DNA from: Octopus vulgaris
Lineage: Eukaryota
NCBI GenBank assembly: GCA_951406725.2
Contig: OX597823.1
Span: 51,460,001 to 51,524,000 of the forward strand
Direction: 5' to 3'
Length of the DNA: 64,000 bases
Part shown: positions 54,960 through 64,000 of the stretch, piece by piece
Position numbering within the stretch: the first letter of the stretch is position 1
How the letters are laid out: the number at the start of each line of letters is the position of its first letter
Program-made: the position numbers and the translations under genes
Notes under the pieces: generated by a model
Seen by the model: only the letters and a program-made list of their open reading frames with translations
Databases searched by the model: none
Told to the model about the DNA's origin: nothing

Positions 54960-55773
54960 GTATATGTGTATATATATGTGCGTATGTATGTATACTTGTC
55001 TGCACAAAAATACAAACATACAGTGAGAGAGAGAGAGAGATTTATGTGCTTATAAATATAATAAATACATATGTTCATATGTAATTACATCTCTTCTATT
55101 TATTTATATATATCTATACAAATACTTATCTATAAATATGCACATATACATACTTACACATAGAGAAAAGCAATAATACATCTCTCCGCTCTTTGTTTCC
55201 CTTGCTTTCATATATATATTTATATATATATATGCACACAAGCATCTATTACGGACATACGCTCAGAGACACTTAAAAAAGCATGAAAAAATCTATACAG
55301 CAACATATATTTTCTGTTGAGCACCACGTAACTTGTTTGTATATTGATCTCTAATTATGTTCCTGTCATTTTGTATATTTTTTGCTTTCTCTATATGTGC
55401 GTATGTTATTTCCTTCCTCCGTGACTATCCACTTCCTATCCACACCTCATAACCTCCCTTACGTATTCTTCTTTTTTACTTCCATTTTTTTCTCCCCTTT
55501 TCACGCCTGCTTTATTTATATATATATATATTTATTTATTTAGAATGCATTTTTTTAACCTTTTTTTCCCCTTCTCCTGGCATTCTTTATGTTTTTATTT
55601 CCTTCATATTTTCGTACATGATTTTTTTTTTCTTTTTCTTTTTCTTTTTTTTAAAAATATTTATTGATATTACTGCTGCTCATTTTTTGCCAATTTCGGT
55701 TTTTATATATTTTTGCCGTGATTTTTTCCGCCATCTTATATACATTTTTTGCTTTCTTCTTTTCCTTCTGTTT

Positions 55774-55813
<40 letters not shown>

Positions 55814-56723
55814 ACATATCTTTATATATATAAATGCATGGCTGCAGTTAAATGACTGAAACAAGTAAAAGAATAAAAGAATAAAAGAATAAAAGAATAT
55901 ATATATGTATGCACCAGTTTTTATTTGTTTTTTGTTCTCCATTTCCAAGCTACTTCTTTTTTTCCCTTTCTTTATTCCTTTCCGTCATTCCGTCCTTATT
56001 TATTTGTTCGTTGGCATTTTTCATTTATTGATCCATGTATATTTTATATTCCTTTCGTTTTTATTTTATATTTTACTTCTTTCTTTTTGCCGTTATTTCT
56101 TTCTGTTTGTATTTTAAAACATTTTTATGCTATTTGTTCTTTTTCTATTCCGTTTTTTTTTTTGCTTGCCTTTTTTCCCCTTCTCTTGATGCCCCATTAG
56201 ACTGCCCGTATTATTATAGCGGTTTATTGTCGTTGTTGTTGCCGTTTTTTTTTAGTTGATCTCTATTGCTCTTTACACCTTATTTATATTTAATTTTTCC
56301 CTTGCTTTTTATTTTTTTATGCCTTATATTTGCATGTTTATTTTGGGGTTTTATTTTTTCGATCCTCCAGTAATTCGCTTGTTCGCAGCTGCCCCTGAGG
56401 CTAATAAACATATCAAATTTTGCTGTTTTTGTTATTGATATTATTACGATTTTTTTGTTCTTTTGCTTCTTTTTCTTTAGCCCTAGGTTTGCTCTGATCG
56501 GCCAAGTCTTTATAATTGAAAGCATTCCAACTGTGACTGTTCCATCTAATAAGTCTACAATTGCATTCGTTATGCAATGTGCCCTTCTGCTTTTAATAAG
56601 CCAGTCTGTGTTTTGTGGAGGGTTTGTCTACTTTTCTAGCATGTCGATTGACCACATGGGGGATTAACTTCTTTACTATTGTTTTACGTAATTGTAGTTG
56701 CCCTTGTTGTTAACACCTATTGC

Positions 56724-56818
<95 letters not shown>

Positions 56819-58052
56819 TACTTCAGTACATCGCCTATAATGAGTGCCCTTCATTCTGTGGTGATATCCTTGTGACTAATTAAAGATTATCGTCATCATC
56901 ATCATTATCACAACTTCATCATCATTATCATTATCGTGATTATCTTTGTCATTATCATCTCCGTAGATGCAGGTTTTTATTGGTAGTTTTTATTTTTTGC
57001 ATTTATATCTACGTTTTTTATCTTATATCTATTTTTTTTTACTTCTTTGTAAATATTTTGCTCTTTTGTTGATTTCCATTTAACTTGTCTATTTTGTTAT
57101 CATCATTGTCATTGCCCTTTTCTCACTCTCTTATTTCACCCCAACACATACCTCTCTTCCTCCATTTTCCCTTCTTTCATCCCTTCACCACACCACACCA
57201 CACACACTTGTCCACCACATCCTCCTTCCATATAATTTTTTTTCTTTGGCGCCATTTTTTCTCTGTTCTTTTACAGTTAATAGCTCTAACATGACATAGA
57301 CGTCTTTCTTTCCCTCCCCCTTTCAATCCTCTACACAAACTCACTCCTTTCTTTTCTCTCAATTCCACTGAAAACCTTCGTCTTTCCTCTCTTCATCACT
57401 TACTCTCCTTTTCTCTTTATCTTGCTTTTTTGTTTACCCTCTCTACTTCTTTCCCGCTCTTTCCCACACTTTCACTTTCACTTTCACACGATACACTATT
57501 CTTTTTCTTATCTCCCTTCTACACACACTTACTCCCTCTCTCTATCTTCCTTCTATTTACTCACTCTCGTTATTTTTCACTTACTCTCCCACTTGTTTTT
57601 TTCTCTTTTTTGTCGCTCCTGTCTTTCTTCTCTCCCTCACTGTTTTTTATTCTTTCTCTCTCTTTTGGCTCGCCATTTTTTTTATTACTATTTTTTACTC
57701 TTTGGCATTATCAACTGTAATTACATCACGCATGACGACCCTTAAATTCACCGAAAAGGGGCCCCGGTGTCAGTCTTGATAACATAACAATTATGTTTGA
57801 TAGTGTTTTAATGGCACCGGAATATATATTTTTCCGTTAGTTTTTTTCCCCCTTGTTGTTGTAACAGAAGTGGAGGAGTCGAAGGATATCAAAAGAAATC
57901 AATATCAAGCGTTGATAGTGGCGGTGGTAGGTACAGGAGGTGGTGGATGTTGGGGGTGGTAGGACTCTTTGTAGTGGAAACGGTGTTGGCGGTGGTGTGG
58001 AGATATTTTGTATGCTTTTTATCCTTTTTTAGCTTATATTTTTGCCGCTTAA

Positions 58053-58109
<57 letters not shown>

Positions 58110-58128
58110 GTGTGTGTGTGTCTATAGG

Positions 58129-58209
<81 letters not shown>

Positions 58210-58444
58210 ATGTATGGATGTATACATACATTATATATACGCTTCTTGGTGTATATATGTGTATAAATATGTGGGTGTCAAAGACTTTCGAGATTTCTGC
58301 TTGCTTTCGTTCTTAAGCGCGTTGTGCACTATAAGCAAAACATGCAAGCGCTTAAAAACGTACACATGCATATAGGTGTGTGCGTGTGTGTGTGTGTATG
58401 TGTGTGTGTATGTGTGTGTGTCTATGTGTGTGTGTGTGCGTGTG

Positions 58445-58476
<32 letters not shown>

Positions 58477-58567
58477 CGAGTGTGCACCTGTGTGTATTGG
58501 AATAATTACTATGAAATATATATATATATATACATATATATATGACTCTTTAGTGTCTGTCTGTCTG

Positions 58568-58628
<61 letters not shown>

Positions 58629-58648
58629 GGACTCAGGTATACACACAT

Positions 58649-58690
<42 letters not shown>

Positions 58691-59589
58691 GAATATGTTT
58701 GTGTTTGTGCGTATTTGTGTATGCTTATGTGCATGCCAGTTGATATTTATATGCATGTATATATTTACGTGCATTTGTTTCTGTTAGCCTGTGTTTGTAT
58801 ATGTGCGTGTTTGTATGTAAGTGTAGTGTGTTTGTGTGCGCGCGTGCATACACATGTTTGTTTGTTTATGTATGTGTGTGTGTGTGCAGATTGCTTGTTG
58901 GAAGCAATAAGAGATAATCACAAGAATCTTTACTTGCACTCCTTGTGCTCACAAAAAAGAAAGAAAAAACAGTTTAACCAAAGTAGGTCGGATACTTGAA
59001 GCATATCTGCCTGGAGAACTTGAACACTGTCTGTAGTAGGACCGCCTTCAACACATTCCTCTACACCCAGTCGATTATATAAGTTTTGTGCTCCTTCGCC
59101 TGACACCCTATTTGACCTATCGGTTCTCACGGTAAACGAAACTTAGATGTTTGTAATGATTGTGAAATCAAAAAGCGACCTTGGTTACAAAGACCTTTTA
59201 TACACAATCTACAAACATGGTCCTGCCACAATAGTTGTGACAGTAAGTATTTGCAACAGTGTTGAAGCGAGGAGTCGCACTACGGGACTAATGTATGAAA
59301 GCCAGACTACAGGTGAGCAGTTTCATCCAATATCCCACCCTATTGAGGAATGTAAAATATTGAAGGAAAGCTAGTAAAAAAAATCCAGGCTTTTAACACT
59401 GAATTATATCATAGACATATCAGTTTATAGAGCTGGTGTCCCATGCATTCCCGGTTCACTTGAGCTTGCTCAAATGATTTAGAGGAGCATCCAACATGCT
59501 GAGAAGGAAATACGTTCAGGTTGTCTAGCATCACGTGGCATATGTATATGTATGATCTTTTTCTCATATGTTATTTTATTATTATTATT

Positions 59590-60011
59590 AAGACGGCGAG
59601 CAGGCAGAAACGTTAGCGCGCCGGGCGAAATGTTTTGCGGTATTTCGTCTGCCGTTACGTTCTGAGTTCAAATTCCGCCGAGGTCGACTTTGCTTTTCAT
59701 TCTTTCGGGGTCGATTAAATAAGTACCAGTTACGCACTGGAGTTGCTATAATCGACTTATCCGTTTGTCTGTCCTTGTTTGTCCTCTTTGTGTTTAGCCC
59801 CATGTGGGTAGTAAAGAAATAGAAATAGGTATTTCGTCTGCAGTTACGTTCTGAGTTCAAATTCTGCCGAGGTCAACTTTGCCTTTCATCCTTTCGGGGT
59901 CGATAAATAAAGTACCAGCTACACACTGGTGTCGATCTAATCGACTTAATCCGTTTGTCTGTCCTTGTTTGTCTCCTCTATATTTAGTCCCTTGTGGGAA
60001 ATAAAGAAATA
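59590..60011 (+). mobile_element. SINE family 2, dimeric form
   Basis: Head and body, then a second body starting GGTATTTCGTCTG; AATAAAGAAATA end; short TTA repeats on both flanks. Confidence 0.92.
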
Positions 60012-60989
60012 TATTTTATTATTATTATTAATATTCTTTTTGTCATTTCGTTATGAGGGATGGAACTTTTAATGCTAAATTCTAGATATCAGCCATACAG
60101 TAGTAGTCATGTGATCATGGATTTCGCGACCGAGTAACATGTACTGAAAATGAGCATCACGATATATTGCAGTGCTTACACTTCTCTTCGTAGTAGGCAT
60201 AAAGCTGGCAAAAATCAATTCAAGAGCCTATTTAAAGAAAATCAAGATTGGAAGATACTTAATACTGCTGCCGATACCTGCTTTTAAGGTTAGCGATATC
60301 GTTATAGTGGAAACATGGATAGAAGAACACGTTGCCTGAATTGGTATAACGTTAACTGATTACCAAGCCCACCAGAAATCGCATTTCGTCCATAATATAG
60401 AGTCTGGTTAAACAATTATGCTTTGAAAGCAGAAGGGAGCAAGCTTTCAAGAGTTTTGGCTGCATCTAAACATTACCTAAAAGATGTCCAGATAAATATC
60501 AACAGAAATCCGTCGATTATAGTATCTGAAGAGAATCTAACAACGCTGGAAGTCGGTGAAATGATGTGAAGTGACAGTGAATAACAAATATCCAAAGATC
60601 AAAAATTATACTATATAATGATAATATCACAGTGTTTTCATTGATTTCACTAACCCGTTACTTTTGTTCAAAAATAGAAATTTTAACCGTCAGTAAAAGA
60701 AACAATCAAATTGTTATAAATATTTTAAATATATAGACGAAGAAAGCAAGAACTGTAAGCGCCTTCTGATATCAAAAGACACATTACCTTTTCAGTTCTG
60801 TTTCTCACAATTAAATTATTTCGAATACTACAGGTGATCGAATTCCATGAAGGTTCCCGTGATTAAATACCTTTTGTCTTTTCTAGTTTTGATCTCCTTA
60901 TTTGAATATTCAGTATTAAGATAGTTGCTACATGACTTTCTAATATTTGTCTTCTGATGAGGATCCGATGAGGATCTGATGAGGATCTA

Positions 60990-62960
60990 GTACGCCAGAC
61001 TTGTTTGCAGGCCTCTTAGCAGATATCTACTGCAACTGGCAACGGACTGAGAGAATTCTCAAATCTTTGCGCCGAGGAGTAGTGCTATTGCTGAGAAAGT
61101 ATTAATGAAGAGGTTGTCGCTCGTCGACGAGTAACTGGTTGGAGACGCACAAACATGCACTCTCCCAAACAGATTCATCCACGACACCCTCCACCTCATG
61201 CGTTGCATCGCTGCCGTGTACAATGATATCTGCTCGGTACCTGGGTGAATGGTCACCTATCGGGACCATTCAACATCGTGCGTTCAGTCCATCAAGGGTG
61301 CCCACTCTCGTTACTTCTGTACGTACTTACTCTCGGAAACTGGAGACGTTGAGAGGCATCTCGCGTGAACTAGGATGTAGGAGGGTTGTGTCGATATACG
61401 CAAACGATATCACAGTCATGGTGTCGGACGACAAGCTCATAGATATGGTCAGCACTACTGTGAAAGAATACGATGATGGGGACCAAAGATTAATACGGAA
61501 AAATCGGTTGGCCTGCAGCTCGGCACCTGGAGAGGCAGATCCATGACGACTGACAGAGTTGTAGGACGTTGACGGTCAGGCCCGTAAAATTGCTCGGGGT
61601 CTGGTTCGGACCGGACCTCCAACTGAAAAGAACTGGAGTGAGGTGACGAGCAGAGTAGCCAGTCCCACCCTGATATGGGCCGAGAGAAAGCTATCCTTGA
61701 AAGGTCGGGCAGAGGTGGCAAACACATACGTCACCTCAGTCATTTACTACCGCTTCACCGTCGTTCCTTGCTCCAGTTTGTACCTGGTCAAGCTGCAGCG
61801 TTTGCTTTTCCTCCTCTTATGGAAGGAACTTCGCTGGTCAGGCGCTCCATTGGCTGTCAACACCCTATGAACGTGGGCTGGGTATGCTATTGATGCGCAG
61901 ACATGCGCTGAGGTTGCGGTACATCCAGCGTTTCGTCGATGACGGTGAGCAAGTTTTGTCGCCGTTTGTCAGACTCACTTTTCCGCAGCTTGTCTCTTTT
62001 TGATCCAATCCTGGATCAAACGTAGACCGATGCTGGGCATCTGGTACCTTGAGTGTCACTACACGCTCACGCTTGCCAGTCGGGCAATATGGTGAGTGGA
62101 AGTTCTACTATGGCATTGTATTAAGGATTAGTGGTGAAAGGAAACGACGACGTTCTTGGGGAGACTCTGAGAATCGATGAATTTCAACTCACCAGTCTGT
62201 TCCGGAGGACTTTCGGAACGGGACCTATGGATAACTTCCAGAAATCTCTGGCCTGGCAGTTCTATAGGGAACTTTGCCTGTTCGAGATAAACTCTATAGG
62301 CACGTAAGTGCCGTCAGTCGTATCTGCCCGAGACGTGCACAGTGCGAGGAAACCGTCCTGCACGCACTGGTCCAGTGCCCGATCATATCTGATATATGGG
62401 TTTATGTCGAACACATGCTGTCACGTGAAGGTCGTTTCCGCTTGTCGGCTGAGTTCACCATGAAGATTGCCCCGCCGCCTTCCTTTGGCCGGCAAGGAAA
62501 GGCAATTTTCATTTGTCTTGTGGCAGTAGTGAAAGAGCTTGTGTGGTGGTCTAGACTGAAAGGGCTGAAGATATGCTTTACTCGTTCGCCTCCCCCTCAT
62601 CAACTTCTTCAGATACCATCTGGAAAGGGAAGTTAGGGTTGAGAGAGAAGTGCTGACTTCCGGCAATTTTTGTTAAAAGGTGGGTGAATGTGGCGAAGAC
62701 GGGCCGTGTCAACGGGCCTACTTTGAGCATCCAAGGCTGGGAGAGAGAGAAAGATGGGGAGAGGGTTGTTGCCCGAGTTGTCGCGGCGCTTGTGGATTTT
62801 TTCGTGGGGTCTCTATGAGTAAATGCCTCCTTTAGGCATTTTCTTTGTTATGTTTTTCATGGTTATTGATTTTTACACGACACTTTATTTAACCCCACTT
62901 TGCCCTTCATGTTTTGTAATGTCCAATCTTATTTTTGTCGGCTCTTATGGCTAATAAAAT
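60990..62960 (+). mobile_element. older, diverged L1/Tx1-like LINE ORF2 remnant
   Basis: YANDITV, KLSLKGRAEVANTY, LPVRDKLYRH...ICPR...ETVLHALVQCP; homologous to 42010-44447; many frameshifts; ends near GCTAATAAA. Confidence 0.92.
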
Positions 62961-63297
62961 TTCAGGCCTTCTGCCTATAGCAGAGCAAAGGCTGTTCATC
63001 GGTTTGTTGAAATATATAGAATATATGCTGTTAACATACTGTCACTTACAAAATGGAAGGCAAAACCTTCAAAGAATGTAAAAGAGTAAAAAAAAATGAC
63101 TTTACACAGTCAGTAAGTTATTAAGTTAGGAACGAGAGGTCTGAAACTAAACAAATCAAAATAAAATGAAAAAGCATTTTGGACTTTTATATTATTTAAT
63201 TTGAAAGTGTAAAACTATTTCACTCTATTTTACTTCTCATTTTGCACGATTATTAACATAATCGTATTGGCTTGGTTTTTCAAACAACTCTAACTCA

Positions 63298-63340
<43 letters not shown>

Positions 63341-63378
63341 CACACGCACACATATATATGTATATATGTGTGTGTATA

Positions 63379-63432
<54 letters not shown>

Positions 63433-64000
63433 CATATATACACATATGTACATGCATATACATACATTTATACAAATACACTTATATACACTCACATGTA
63501 CACAAACACCCGTACGCGCACGCGCACACACAAAAACAAATTCTGTGTGCATAACAAATAGCTTCAAACATCACAAATGTTTTTGATGTCAGTTTGATAC
63601 TCTTGACTTAGAGAACAAGTCCAACTTCAACCAGTTAATAATAATAATAATAAAAATAACAACAACAATAACAAAAACGGAAACAACGATAACAACAACA
63701 ATAAGAAGAATAAGAACAACAATGGCAAATATACTTTTAAAATATTAAAAATGGATCACGTTGAAGTTCGTTGAAAGCTACATTGCTGAAACATTCGTTG
63801 GAGCAAAAAGCTTTTTCTTTTTTATATATTTCAAGAATCTAAAACCAATTTATTTTTTCGTCTGGATAAAATAAAATAAAGAAAAAGAAAGTAATATGAA
63901 CGCCCGTTTATTTTTGTTATGAAGGAAAATATATCTTAATATGTTGTTCAATCGGCTGTAACACGACAGACAAACAATGAGACGCTAGCATTTTGTTTGA

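Noticed and set aside
59000-59530. Possible coding or LINE remnant
   Set aside because: Too degraded to assign; no diagnostic motif
60950-60990. CTGATGA motifs as a hammerhead
   Set aside because: Part of a short GATGAGGATC triplication with no matching GAAA or helices

Overview
AT-rich, repeat-saturated eukaryotic DNA. The SINE repertoire and dense (TA)n, (GATA)n, (TAA)n and (CA)n microsatellites suggest a coleoid cephalopod, probably Octopus (inference). I found no confidently supported intact host protein-coding gene, and most ORFs in the track are microsatellite translations. The window holds at least four tRNA-derived SINE families, R4/Dong-like LINEs sitting in (TAA)n, L1/Tx1-like LINEs sitting in (GATA)n, a CR1/L2-group LINE 3' end, Tc1, mariner and maT fragments, non-autonomous Helitrons and long inverted-repeat elements. 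The most notable signal is a non-coding 560-bp tandem array (35828-37387, about 2.8 near-identical copies, between (TA)n tracts). Each unit carries a type I hammerhead-ribozyme-like motif with a very short helix III (palindromic in copies 2 and 3), which is the architecture of a retrozyme or Penelope-like pseudo-LTR array. About eight further intact or decayed hammerhead-like motifs are dispersed through the window. Two SINE families share 3' tails with LINEs present in the same window. All folds, alignments and coordinates were read by eye and are approximate.
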